The notes beneath the pieces were generated by a model that searched no databases, was not told the DNA's origin, and saw only the letters and a list, made by a program, of their open reading frames with translations. 64,000 nt of DNA from Octopus vulgaris (taxonomy: Eukaryota): the NCBI GenBank assembly GCA_951406725.2, contig OX597842.1, positions 23,870,001 to 23,934,000 on the forward strand. Direction: 5' to 3'. Below are positions 14,503-29,335 of the stretch, one piece after another. Every line of letters begins with the position of its first letter. Position 1 is the stretch's first letter. The position numbers and the translations under genes were made by a program.

Positions 14503-15757
14503 AATGTTCCTTTCCGTCACAGTACACAAATGTTTCCTTCTCAGCCATTCTGAACAAATATTTCTACTGATATACTCCATCAAAAGTGTTCCTTGTTATC
14601 TGAAGATTGCTGCAAACTGCCTTCTTAATTGCTTCTAACTCCATTAACATTCAGACATTTGCCAAATGCAATGCTTATTTATCCCAAATTCTTCTGAACA
14701 TTCATTATCTTACTTGCTTTAAGATTTTAACGATGTGATTCTTTACGTTTATATGACATTACAGGGTTAGTGGATGTAGGCAATTTTAACATAGAATATA
14801 TAGAATGCAGCGTATGCCCAGTTCAAATGTTAAAGGATTAATTCAAATTACAAATATAATTTCTGTGTATTCCTAGACAATATAGAAGAGAAATTTTGGC
14901 TACATATGTCAGAGTTCAGAAGATATATTTTGCAGAAATTCAGTATATATTTATAGAAACAGTTATACGTGTTATGAGTAAGACGTTCAATACTAATGAT
15001 GTAGTTTATATAAAAATCCTGTGATGCTGAGGTCATCTGATAATCTGAAACGAAAGAGAAACAACAGTGTAAAACATACAAGATAATTAGGAATTAGAGA
15101 GATTAAAACTTTCACTGTTTTAATCTCTCTAATTCCTAATTATCTTGTATGTTTTACACTGTTGTTTCTCTTTCGTTTCAGATTATCAGATGACCTCAGC
15201 ATCACAGGATTTTTATATAAACTACATCATTAGTATTGAACGTCTTACTCATAACACGTATAACCCTGTTTCTATAAATATATACTGAATTTCTGCAAAA
15301 TATATCTTCTGAACTCTGACATATATGTAGCAAAATTTCTCTTCTATATTGTCTGGAATACACAGAAAATTATATTTGTATTTGAATTAATCCTTTAACA
15401 TTTGAACTGGGCATACCATTCCCAAATATTCTGCATATTCTATGTTAAAATTGCCTACATCTGGCCTCTTACACTAACCCTGTAATGTCATATAAACGTA
15501 AAGAATCACATCGTTAAAATCTTAAAGCAATAAGATAATGAATAATTAATTCAGAAGAATTTGGATAAATAAGCATTACATTTGACAGAGTAATCTGAAT
15601 GTTAATGAGTTAAAGCAATTAAGAAGGCAGTTTGCAGCATCTTCAGATATTAACAAGGAACACTTTTGATGGAGATATATCAGTAGAAATATTTGTTCAG
15701 AGTAATATACGAGAAGGAGGAAAACATTTGTGTACTGTGACGAGAGAAAGGAACATT

Positions 15758-16708
15758 ATGGAAAATGAATTATATCGGAGTGAAGTTGAATGTAAAAGAG
15801 AGTCTGAAGAAATTGATTCTTCTGATGAGGAGAAGAATGAACAGGGCAAAATGTCATATCATTGTGATATCTGTGGTAAATCCTTCTCTGGATATCGTTA
15901 TTTCACGAGGCACAAGCGTGTTCATACAACAAAGAAGCCATATCGGTGCGATATCTGTGGTAAATCATTTTCTGAAAATGGTAACTTAACTCAGCACAAG
16001 CGTGTTCATACAGGAGTGAAGCCATATCATTGTGATATCTGTGGTAAATCATTTTCTCAAAATAATCACCTGACTAGGCACAAACGCATTCATTCAGGAG
16101 AGAAGCCATATCAGTGTGATATCTGTGGTAATTCCTTCTCTGACACTGGTAACTTAACTCAGCACAAACGCATTCATTCAGGAGAGAAGCCATATCAGTG
16201 TGATATCTGTGGTAAATCCTTCTCTGAAAGTAATCATGTAACTGCTCACAAACGTGTTCACACTGGGGAAAAACCATATCGCTGTGATATCTGTGGTAAA
16301 ACATTTTTTGGAAATGGTAATTTAACTAGTCACAAACGCATTCATTCAGGAGAGAAGCCATATCAGTGTGATATCTGTGGTAAATCCTTCTCTGAAAGTG
16401 GTTACCTGACTATTCACATACAGTGTGTTCATACAGGAGAGAAGCCATTTCAGTGTGATATCTGTGGTAAATCATTTTCTGTAAATTGTAACTTAACTCA
16501 GCACAAGCGTGTTCATACAGGAGAGAAGCCATATCATTGTGATATCTGTGGTAAATCCTTCTCTCAAAGGAATGTCTTGACTTATCACAAATATACACAT
16601 ACAGGTGAAAAGCCATATCCTTGTGATATCTGTGGTAAATCATTTTCTCAAAGTAGTCACCTGACCAGGCACAGACGCATTCATACAAAAGAAGTCACAT
16701 CACTGTAA
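15758..16708 (+). CDS. C2H2 zinc-finger protein, 10 fingers, 316 aa (copy 2)
   Basis: Intact ORF from ATG 15758 (the ORF track starts at an upstream TTG). 33-aa acidic leader, TGEKPY/SGEKPY linkers, finger 7 has HX4H spacing. Acceptor AG at 15180-15181. Confidence 0.9.
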   Translation: MENELYRSEVECKRESEEIDSSDEEKNEQGKMSYHCDICGKSFSGYRYFTRHKRVHTTKKPYRCDICGKSFSENGNLTQHKRVHTGVKPYHCDICGKSFSQNNHLTRHKRIHSGEKPYQCDICGNSFSDTGNLTQHKRIHSGEKPYQCDICGKSFSESNHVTAHKRVHTGEKPYRCDICGKTFFGNGNLTSHKRIHSGEKPYQCDICGKSFSESGYLTIHIQCVHTGEKPFQCDICGKSFSVNCNLTQHKRVHTGEKPYHCDICGKSFSQRNVLTYHKYTHTGEKPYPCDICGKSFSQSSHLTRHRRIHTKEVTSL

Positions 16709-17822
16709 TACCTGTGGTAAATCATTTTCCAAAAACAGCACTTTGTCTAGTCTCAAACGTTTTCATACATGAGAGAAGCCATATCATTGAAACATGTGGC
16801 AAATCATTTGCTTATAGAAGCAGCGTAACTACTTCCTTAAACCTTCATGAGAGACAAACCATACCAGTCATCTGTCATCATTGTTCTCCATATCCACATT
16901 TGCCAATCTCTCATTGGTGAGATGATATTTATTGAGGTGAATTTTCACTGTCCAGATGCCCTTCCTGTTGCCAACCTTCACCTGTTTCAAACTAAAATAT
17001 TTCCCCGTGACCTGACATGTTTTTGTGGCAGATTGGCGATGGACATTGCTTGCATGGCAGTGACACCCACAACTATCACACAGTCTCAAGGCAAGGATAT
17101 AATAACGCACACATACACACACACATTCATAAGCCCCTCACACTTCTATGAAACATCCCCCTCTATCCTCTGTACCACTAATATTCGCCCACCTCCACCA
17201 CTACCTTTTGTGTGTGTCCTCATACATCTCCAACACCATCCATTTCTGTCTATATACCCTTTATTCTTTTACTTGTTTCAGTCATTTGGCTGCGACCATG
17301 CTGGAGCGCTGCCTTTAATCAAGCAACTCGACCCCAGGACTTATTTTTTGTAAGCCCAATATTTATTCTATCGGTCTCTTTTGCCGAACCGCTAAGTAAC
17401 AGGGACATAAACACACCAGCATCGGTTGTGAAGCAACAATAGGGGGACAAACACACATACGCATATATATATGTACATATATATGACGGGCTTCTTTGAG
17501 TTTCCGTCGACGAAATCCATTCACAAGGCTTTGGTCGGCCCAATGCTATAGTAGAAGACACTTGCCAAAGGTGCCATGCAGTGGGACTGAACCCAGAACC
17601 ATGTGGTTGTTTAGCAAGCTACTTACCACACAGCCATATATATATATGTATATAAAATGAGATAGGGGTTGAAAATTCAACCCACCATGGGATAACATAT
17701 ATCCAATATACTGCTAGAGAGGTACCCAACAAGACTAATACATAAATGTTAAAAATTGCCATGCAATTAGTTCATCTACTGTATTATGTGGGCAAGGCTA
17801 AGAATATTACCGTAAATTAATT

Positions 17823-18158
17823 TACAGAATTAGAAAATGGAGAAACATACTTAAATCAATCAAACATCAACCAACAGATGATACCCAATCAATACTTTAT
17901 TACACCATTACATAACAGTAAAGGCATTATACAAAATATATTGTAAATATAATTAGACAAGGAAATAGAAATATAAATATAATTACATATTATATTAATT
18001 ATATTTTATATTTCTATTTCCTTGTCTAATTATATTTACAATGTATTTTGTATAATGCCTTTACTGTTATGTAATGGTGTAATAAAGTATTGATTGGGTA
18101 TCATCTGTTGGTTGATGTTTGATTGATTTAAGTATGTTTCTCCATTTTCTAATTTTGT
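17823..18158. repeat. Near-perfect inverted repeat (~160-bp arms) abutting (TA)n
   Basis: agaattagaaaatggagaaacatac... pairs with ...gtatgtttctccattttctaattt. Confidence 0.9.
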
Positions 18159-18159
18159 A

Positions 18160-18750
<591 letters not shown>

Positions 18751-18756
18751 ACAGAC

Positions 18757-19050
18757 CAAAATGATCTGACACATTTGGAGGCTTAATAAAAACACAAAAT
18801 AAGAAATAATGAAAAGAAAAATTTTATTTTCTAAATGTACACATAATGCCATTTTATTTCATTAAGTTTTAAAAATTCAGGAACGTCTCCAAAGGTGTGT
18901 TGACAATGATGGGAGGCATTTAGCTGATTTAATTTTTAAAACTTAAGGAAATAAAATGGCATTATATGTACATTTAGACAATAAAACTTTTCTTTTCATT
19001 ATTTCTTATTTTGCGTTTTTATTACGCCTCCAAATGTGTCAGGTCATTTT
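18757..19050. repeat. Inverted repeat (~120-bp arms) whose spacer resembles a Tc1/mariner-type transposase C-terminus
   Basis: Arms aaaatgatctgacacatttggagg... and ...cctccaaatgtgtcaggtcatttt. Spacer reads ERLQRCVDNDGRHLADLIFKT-stop on +. Confidence 0.6.
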
Positions 19051-19416
19051 AATTTATACATCAAACTATAACAGCGGAATGGAGATAACCCTTATTTAAT
19101 CCCCTTTTTTCATTCTAAAGGTAAATTTATGGCTTTCAAAATTAATTACACTTAAAATAAGATAACTAATAGTAAAACTATTTGGTTAATTATTCCATAT
19201 GGGAGACAAATTAAATCTAATCTTCCATTGCAGTTTCGTGAAGCTGTTATTAGGAATTTTCCAAAGAATTCTAGGTATCACTCTAGAGGTCGACTTTGCT
19301 TTGTGCTGGACTGCATAATGCTTATTTCTTCTGTATAAATTTACTAAAACCATTAAATGGTTAACTACTTTCTGAAGTTTCATGTTTGTGCTAGTAATCA
19401 CAGTCTGGACCATATT

Positions 19417-19605
19417 TTACTGATATATATTACTATGCATTCTGAAGTAGGTGGTTTCTGCACAGACGGTCAACATTTCAATCAAGTTCCTTATTGGTAT
19501 ACTAATGCCTTCTTTCAGATGGGTGTCTGTCACTAGTTTTTCTTGAATCACTGATAGTGCTTCATCAGTTGAGACTTTGGTGAACAGACTTATCACATCT
19601 AGACA
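19417..19605 (-). mobile_element. Penelope-like reverse transcriptase fragment
   Basis: Manual translation CLDVISLFTKVSTDEALSVIQEKLVTDTHLKEGISIPIRNLIEMLTVCAETTYFRMHSNIYQ matches the PLE RT motif SxDVxSLFTxVP..EA...L..C...YF....YxQ. Degraded mirror at ~11395-11570. Confidence 0.8.
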
Positions 19606-20915
19606 TTTGGTCGACTTTCCTTTATGCTGGACGGTATAAAGCTTATTTTTACTTTATAAATTTACTAAAACCATTAAATGGTTAACGACTTTATGAAGTT
19701 TCACTTTGATGCTGGTAATCACAGTCTGGGCCATATTTTACTGTATCTAACACCGCCGACAACATCATAATACATCCTTGTGCATGTATACTCCCTAAGT
19801 AAATATGACGTAGCATTCCTACAGAAACCTTCATTTACCTTATACGATGTTTAATGTCGTTTCACATTCATGTTGAATTATGCAGCAGTCTTATGTTCTC
19901 TTCATAGAACACTTGTAATGTATGTATTACCAGTTGTTTTGGTATTGTAGATTTTTGCTATCCTTGTTCATGTCTCCTCACAGACGGGTATATTCTGACG
20001 AGTCACTTCTTATATTTCCCACCTCTCTTGTTCAATAAACACTGAGTTAGACTTGCAAAGCTGTTTATTTTCTCTTTTTGATTTTTATTGTTTATTTCAG
20101 CAGGTTACCAAACTATCAGTTTCGTCTCCCGGCTAAAACAGTTGTGACAAATTTTAAAGTTTGTTTGACATTTTAGAAGTGCGGGATTAAAATTTCGATA
20201 CTCCATATCAAAGGTTCCGACAAGAATAGGCAGAAAATCAGAGCTTGAGACAAGAAGACACTTTCGACCAATCAGAATTCTGTTTACATAATCAGTTTGA
20301 TTGGACACCTTCCTCTGTCATTTGATTAAGTGTCATCCAAGCTGATGTTTATTGGTAATTAAACTTAATTTGCAACACCTGTGCATATTTATCAGCTTTG
20401 TTTTTGTTGATAAGAACTGGCAACAACTTTTCTTATGATCGTGATTTGGGAAGACCTACAGAAGAATACTAAAGATCGGACATAATCTCTTGAGGGCAAG
20501 AAACCTCTATATATATAAACGGCAAAATGTCTGTCTGTGTGTGTTCTTTATACAAATCCACAATTTTTCAGTTAGAGGGCTCGCACACACACACGTATAT
20601 ATATACATATATACAACGGAGGCTATAGTAGAAGACACTTGCCCAAGGTGTCACACAGTGGGACTGAACCCAGAACCATGTGGTTGGTAAGCAAGCTACT
20701 TACCACACAGCCACTCCTGCACCTATGTGAAGATTTTTTACATGACAACAATTAAAACAATTTTATCTATCAATTAAAACTATGTTTTTTTCCCTTCATC
20801 GACTTCAATATTGTCAAGGTGAACCTCAAATTTGTCATCATCTGTAAAAATATTCACTCTGTGACAACTTGATTACTGGAAATTTTATAGTATACTTGAA
20901 TTTGTTAATAAAGAA

Positions 20916-21719
20916 TCTCTATATATATGAATGGCAAGATGTCTGTCTGTGTGTCTGTTCTTTATACAAATCCACAATTTTTCAGTTAGAGGGCTTGCAC
21001 TTTCTATGGTCATTCAAAACCGTCCGAGGGTGGTCGTGCACATCTCTACATTTCCCCAGTCACCACGCAAAGCCATTAAAAAATCAATAGAAGTGATTTT
21101 TTGTGACTTTTCTATCAGAAACCCAATCAAAATACCTGAAACATGATACGCCAATTGAATGCCAGCTAGCTGTATGGTTGTTCCTGCTTGAGCCATGCCT
21201 GGCTCATAAGGGCCGGTTTCTTGGCGTATAGGTTCCCCACCTGGATGGGACACCGGTTCGTCGCAGGTGAGCTGCAGGATGAAAGAGTGAGCAGAAGTTT
21301 TGCCATTACCTTCTGCCGAAGCTGTGTGGAGCTTAGGTGTTTCACTCATAAACACATATCGCCCAGTCTGGGATTTGAACCCGCGATCCCTCGACCGCAA
21401 GTCCGCTGCTCTAACCACTTTTTTGGGGAAGCACTCCGTCGGTTATGAAGATTAGGGTTCCGGTTGATCCGATGAACGGAACAGCCTGCTCGTGAAATTT
21501 ACGTGTAAGTGGCTGAGCACTCCACAGACACGTGTACCCTTCGATTCCGCTGCCCTAACCACTGGGCCATTGCACCTCCACGCTCTAACCACTAGGCCAT
21601 GTGCCTCCACAGCTAGCTGTATGTGATTGGTCGGAGATTTGGACAGTACTCGCATGTATGTGTGCATGTATATGCATGCACTAGCACTATGACCTGGTGT
21701 TGCCGGGTCATAGTGCTAG
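20916..21719 (+). mobile_element. Non-autonomous Helitron interrupted by a SINE; paralog at ~38328-38987(-)
   Basis: 5' A|TCTCTATATATAT, then gtctgtctgtgtg. 3' hairpin cactagcactatgacc..ggtcatagtgCTAG|T. Confidence 0.7.
21177..21609 (-). mobile_element. tRNA-derived SINE family B with a nested second SINE piece and a 14-bp TSD
   Basis: cagctagctgtatg at 21163-21176 and 21610-21623. Head gtggaggcacatggcctagtggttagagc on the minus strand. Confidence 0.8.
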
Positions 21720-22284
21720 TGTAAAATAAAGTTTATTATAAACAACACAAACACTTCATAATTTAATAACTTTGAATGTGATACCTGTTAAACTGAAATT
21801 ACTTTTAATTAGTGAAAATTTAATAAAATCTAATCATGAGTAAGTGAAATTATGCTAAATACAACTAAATTGAAAACCTTTTCCCTCTGGCCAACAATTG
21901 GGTGTGAATTTTACATGAATAGAAGCTTCTTTTTAACAGTTTTATCCAGAAAATTACCTGTGTAAATTACACAGGTGTGCAAATTACATGTGTTTTTATG
22001 GCGTACATATATATATAGGTTATAATAGGTAATGGTGTCATTGAGACCCAAAGGTGTCAGGTAATGTTGAAGAAGTGCTATAGACACCATAGTTAAGTTC
22101 CAGGTTCGGTAATTTTTCGAAGGGGTTTCAACATTGGTCACATGTCAGCGTGTGTATATAACAATATTTTGCGTAATGAGATGAAGAACCAAGGCTGTGT
22201 AGATATGAGAACATTTATAGATAGAAGGTCTATAAATGTTCTAATATCTACACAGCCTTACACAAACAATTCTTATATATATGA

Positions 22285-22322
<38 letters not shown>

Positions 22323-22411
22323 ATATATATTTATTTTTAAAAAATTTTATCTAGTTTCAGCTCACGAGCTGTGGCCATGCTGGGGCACCGCCATTAAAAA
22401 AAGCTATCGCC

Positions 22412-22467
22412 TGCATTGGCCGGGAATCGAGCCTGGATCAACTGCTTGGAAGGCAACCATGCTAACC
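22412..22467 (-). pseudogene. 5'-truncated tRNA-Gly(TCC) with 3' trailer and T7 terminator; degraded mirror at ~8848-8910
   Basis: Minus strand GGTTAGCATGGTTGCCTTCCAAGCAGTTGATCCAGGCTCGATTCCCGGCCAATGCA followed by ggcgatagc-ttttttt. Confidence 0.75.
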
Positions 22468-25400
22468 GTATGTATGTATATCTATATATGTATATATATA
22501 TACAAAATATATGTGTGTATATATATATATATATGTATTTATATATATGTATATATATGTGTGTGTATATATATATATGTATATATATATGTATATAAAT
22601 ATATATATATGTATATAAATATATATATATGTATATATATATAATTAGTAATGTTAGGGAGTAAATCCAAACTTACAGGGAAAAATTAGATTTAGGATTA
22701 AATCTAATTTTACAGTATAAATATAAATTAAATTAGAGATAAAACCACAATTAGGCAAATCAAACAGTGAAAAACATAAACCAAAACATAGGAATAAAAA
22801 TAATTAATATAATATATAAAATAAAAAAACAAAAAACAAATGAGTACTCTTTGAAAATGAAAGTGAAACAACATATTTTGCTCAAAAACACAATACACAG
22901 CCTGGCATGAGAATTGAACTCACTACCTCACAATTGTGGGCCCAATGCTCTAACCACTGAGCCATGTACTTTCACATATATATGTGAAGGCATATAGCTT
23001 CACACATATATGTGAAGGCACAAAGCTTCACACACATACATATACATATATATTTATATATCCGCTCAGTCAAAGTTGACTCTCGGTCACTCGTTGGATC
23101 AGTGTCCTCCAGTCAGTTCTATACTGGGCTACTTCTTTCAGATTGGCTATGTCCATTCCAGTATCACTCTTGATGGTGTCAAGCCAGCGGGTTCTTGGTC
23201 GGCCTCTTCCTCTCTTGCCACTGACCATTCCAAGCATGATGTCCTTCTCCAGGGATTTTCTCTGCATAGTATGACCAAAATATGCCAATCTATGTTTGGT
23301 GATCCTAGCTTCTAGCAACATTTTCTCTTAAGAACTTCTCCATTGACCAGCACCATATACATATATATATATATATATATATATGGTGCTGGTCCCAGTG
23401 AAGGCGCATGTGTCAGTGATTAGGGGATCGAGCTTATGATTGTGAGATTTTGAGTTCAAATCCCGGACTGTGCTGTGTTGTGTTGTGTTCTTGAGCAAAA
23501 CACTTTATTTCATGTTGCTCCAGTTCACTCAGCTGTAGAAATGAGTTGTGACGTCACAGGTGCCAAGCTTTATCGGCCCCTTTGCCTTTCCCTTGGATAA
23601 CACTAGTGGTGTGGAGAGGAGAGGCCGGTATGCATGGGCGACTGCTGGTCTTCCATAAACAACCTTGCCCGGACTTGTGCCTGGGAGGGTAACTTTCTAG
23701 GTGCAATCCCATAGTCAGTCATGACCGAAGGGGATCTCAGCTGGTCCCTGTAAAAGGCACACATGCTGATCCATGTGGTTATTCAACTTATTCCTTCCCC
23801 TGAAATTGCTGGCCTTGTGCCAAAATAATGTCAGATACAATAATGCCTTGATATATGAGTTAATTTCTTCCTGGAGATTGCTCCTAAAGTGAAAACTCAT
23901 AAAGCAAAGCAATAATTTCCCATAGAAGCAATGTTATAAATTGTAATTCATTCCCAGAAAAATATTTTACCAATAAAATTTATAATACTTGTAAATAAAT
24001 GACAATAAAACAACAGTAGAATGTAAAGAATATTTTATGTAAAGTCAAAAACAATGTCAAGATCATTTAGAATAGACAAAATATTATTATTATAATTGTT
24101 TTCTGAATCACTTTGAAAAGACTCAGGGACACCATCATTTGTAGACGTGACCACTGATTCACAAGCAAAGAAACAAGTCTAGAGTTGTTTACTGAGAAGC
24201 ATTCCTTTGCTCTTTATAAACTTCTTGGTAAGACACAGATGCATTTGTTATGGTAGTAGAAACTTTCAAAATTTGGATGTTGTGCTTGAAAACTAAAACT
24301 CATAAACGAAGTCTGTAACTTGGGAAATGAATCTATTCCTCATGAAATGTGTTCTCTGTCTAAGGGACATCCATGCTTCTTCTTTTTTGTGTGTTCACAT
24401 CCTGAACTAGTTATTGCACAAATTAAATTTTTGGATGCACAAGTGAAATCAGTCTCAATTATGAATCTCTGTCTTTGTTTAAAATGGAATTCCGAACCTT
24501 CCCGTACATTCGAGAATGTTCCACCTTTCGGACATCTGCATTCTTTAACTCTTCATTCTATTGTTGAGCACCCATTACACTCTCAGAGTGGTTGGTGAAA
24601 GGAAGAGCATCCAGCCGTAGAAACCATGCGAAATCAGACAGGAATCAGATGCAGCCTTCCAGCCCTGGTCAAAATGTACAACCCATGCCAAGCATGGACA
24701 CCTTGGGTAAGTGTCTTCTATAATAACCTCGAGCCGACCAAAGCCCTGTGAGTGGATTTGGTGGGTGGAAACTAAATGAAGCCCGTTATGTGTAGATTGG
24801 TATGTGTGTGTATATCTCTCTCTCTTTTCTCTTTTACTTGTTTCAGTCATTTGACTGCGGCAATGCTGGAGCACCGCCTTTAGTCGAGCAAATTGATCCC
24901 AGCACTTATTCTAGTGTAAGCCCAGTACTTAATCTATCGGTCTCTTTTGCAGAACTGCTAAGTGACGGGGACGTAAACACACCAGCATCGATTGTCAAGC
25001 AATGCTAGGGGGACAAACACAGACACACACATATATATATACATATATACGACAGGCTTCTTTCAGTTTCCGTCTACCAAATCCACTCACAAGGCATAAG
25101 TCGAGCCGGGGCTATAGTAGAAGACACCTGCCCAAGATGCCACGCAGTGGGACTGAACCCGGAACCATGTGGTTGGTTAGCAAGCTACTTACCACACAGC
25201 CACTCCTGCGCCTGTGCTTGTCCCCCAATATCGCTTGACAACCGATGCTGGTGTGTTAAGCAGTTTGGTAAAAGGGACAGATAGAATATGTACTAGGTGT
25301 AGAAAGAATAAGTCCTGGGGATCCATTGTCTGCATTGGCAAGGTTCCCATGGCTGGAGGCCCTTCCTAACACCGACCCCTTTACTGAGTGCATTAGGTCC

Positions 25401-26143
25401 TTTTTATGTGACACCAGCATCATTGGGGATCACCAAGTAACTCGCAAGGTAAAGATCCACTCGGTTGTCAGAGGGAGTGGAAGCGAGGGGCATGGCTTTT
25501 TGTCAGTTGGGAGGTTGATGTATAACGGCAGGAGAGAGACGAGTGTCTTACTATAGATGAGAAACCTGACGATTCCAGTAGGAAAAGAAAAGAGAGAATA
25601 ATAGATATATAGAGAGAAATGGATGGTGTTGGAGATGTATGAGGACATACACAAAAGGTAGTGGTGGTGGGGGAATATTAGTGGTACAGAGGATAGAGGG
25701 GATGTTTCATAGAAGTGTGAGGGGCTTATGAATGTGTGTGTGTGTGTTACTATATCCTTGCCTTGAGACTGTGTGATAGTTGTGGGTGTCACTGCCACGC
25801 AAGCAATGTCCATTGCCAATCTGACACAAAAACATGTCAGGTCACGGGGAAATATTTTAGTTTGAAACAGGTGAAGGTTGGCAACAGGAAGGGCATCAGG
25901 ACAGTGAAAATTCACCTCAATAAATATCATCTCACCAATGAGAGATTGGCAAATGTGGATATGGAGAACAATGATGACAGATGACTGGTATGGTTTGTCT
26001 CTCATGAAGGTTTAAGGAAGTAGTTACGCTGCTTCTATAAGCAAATGATTTGCCACATGTTTCAATGATATGGCTTCTCTCATGTATGAAACCATTTGAG
26101 ACTAGACAAAGTGCTGTTTTTGGAAAATGATTTACCACAGGTA

Positions 26144-27141
<998 letters not shown>

Positions 27142-29284
27142 TTAATTGCTTTAACTCATTAACATTCAGATTACTCTGTCAAATGTAATGATTATTTATT
27201 CAAATTCTACTGAATTAATCATTCATTATCTTATTGCTTTAAGATTTCAACGATGTGATTCTTTATGTTTATATGACATTGCAGGGTGAGTGTAAGAGGA
27301 CAGATGTGGGCAGTTTTAACATAAAATAGCTTAAACGTGTGGGACTGATATGCCCAGATGAACTGGTGAAGGATTAATTCAAATACAAATATAATTTTCT
27401 GTGTATTCCAGACAATAAAGAAGAGAAATTTTGCTACATATATGTCAGAGTTCAGAAGATATATTTTGCAGTAATTCAGTATATATTTATAGAAACAGGG
27501 TTATACGTGTTATGAGTAAGACGTTCAATACTAATGATGTAGTTTATATAAAATCCTGTGATGCTGAGGTCATCTGATAATCTGAAACGAAAGAGAAACA
27601 ACAGTGTAAAACATACAAGATAATTAGGAATTAGAGAGATTAAAACAGTGAAAGTTTTACTACATTTTTATATAGACATGTCCATAGAGGTGCAGAGATG
27701 GTTGTGTGGTAAGAATTTTGATTCCCAACACACAAATCTAATAAGCACACCCATTTTCTTCCTTCATTTCACTCCTTTCTTGAATTCCCAAGATTCCCTG
27801 TCACCATCCAATTCCATTAACGTGAATTTGAATTTGAATGCTTGAGACATTGTGAATCTTTCTTTAGCTGATTACACAACCATGGATACGTTGCAGTTAC
27901 TCTCTTCATAGAGCCTAGTGATCCTGACCCCTGAACTACAAGGTTCCCTCTGCCCAGCATCAATATAAGAAGCATTGTTGGTTCAGCTGAGTTCTTCTGC
28001 TGCTTCTGAACAAACTGCCATGCTGCAGTCCCAAAGTTCGTCACAGAGTACCCCAGGCGAAAAAATGGTTAGAAATCACAACCGTTCATTTATATTTTAT
28101 TTGGAAAAAGGGAAAGTGGACCTCGGTGGAATTTGAACTCGGAAACTAATAATAATAATGGTAAATTAATTATGTGCAATACTTAATTAACAAATGCTCC
28201 ACCACCCATACAATGTGATGTGTGTCAGTTATGTGTGGGTAGGATCCCAGCAAATGTATTTCATCATATTAAATTCCAATATAATCGTAATATACACAGT
28301 CTGGGTACTACTAGCGAACAGTGGTCCCGGTATGCGCACTGTCGTAAGTAGTCGATCCTACAATAATTTAAACTAAGTAAATATGCTATTTTTATAAACA
28401 AACTAAGGTTAGGGTTAGGTTTAGGGTTAAAAAGTCGTTGTAGGATCGACTACTTACAACTAGCTAGCGCGAGTGCGCGCACCGGGACCAGTTTCGCTAG
28501 TAGTACCCACAGTCTGAACAGTATTTGTAGAAAATTTCATGAAAGTAACATAATTTCCCTCGTTTCATCAGGTTTCGAATATTATTTGCGATGGGTAAAA
28601 TCTAAACAAATTTTGAATTTCCAAAGATTTGCGACAATAAAAGGTTTTGTACAAAGAGAAAACGAACTTAAATCTAAAAAATAAGACGAAATTATTACTT
28701 TACTCACGATTAAATCTAAATCGTTATCTTCGAAGGAGTCCTTTTCCCTCCAGTTTTGATACAAAAGAAGAAATTCATCCAGAAAAGTCGCTAATTTCAG
28801 AAAAGGGATCAAAGAACTTCTCAGACACCAGAAACGATCCTCATCAAAAAACATACCTTTAAATATGGGGTGTGTATAAAACATGAATTGGTTAGTTTTG
28901 AATACCGAAACGAATATTAGTATTGTACCAAACCTAACAGCAATTATTTAGGCCAAACATTATTTTCTTTCTATTTTGTTTTGAGCTTAAATTCGGTCGA
29001 TGTTAATTTTACCTTGCATAGCTTCGGAATCAATAAAATAAAGATTCAGTCAAAAACATAAGTCGATGGTAGTTACTAATCTATCCCCCACTGATATTTA
29101 GAAAATACTGATATTTAGAAAATGTGAAAGAGAAAGAAATTCATAAATAATTTTTTGCTTGAGTGTAATGGAAAACAAGTTAAATTTAGTCTTCTTTTAC
29201 AACCTTTTTCTATTAATTAAATGAAAAATTAACCTTAGATAACTAAATAACCTTAAGTGTGAATAAAGAGCTCTTTAAATGTAG

Positions 29285-29335
29285 AGTTATTTCCCCCTAG
29301 CAATTCCCGCCCTTTTTCTCCCGCCATATTTTCCC
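29285..29335 (+). promoter_or_regulatory. Candidate core promoter motifs (E2F/GC-like TTCCCGCC, a second TCCCGCC, YY1-like CCGCCATATT); mirror at ~1960-2010
   Basis: aattcccgccctttttctcccgccatattt in otherwise AT-rich DNA. Downstream GTAAGT donors at 29670 and 29800, acceptor at 31575-31576. Confidence 0.35.

Noticed and set aside
20105-20215. Minus-strand GAAAC-TGATA-GTT near the PLE RT relic as a hammerhead
   Set aside because: No recognisable CTGANGA upstream; at best a decayed relic.
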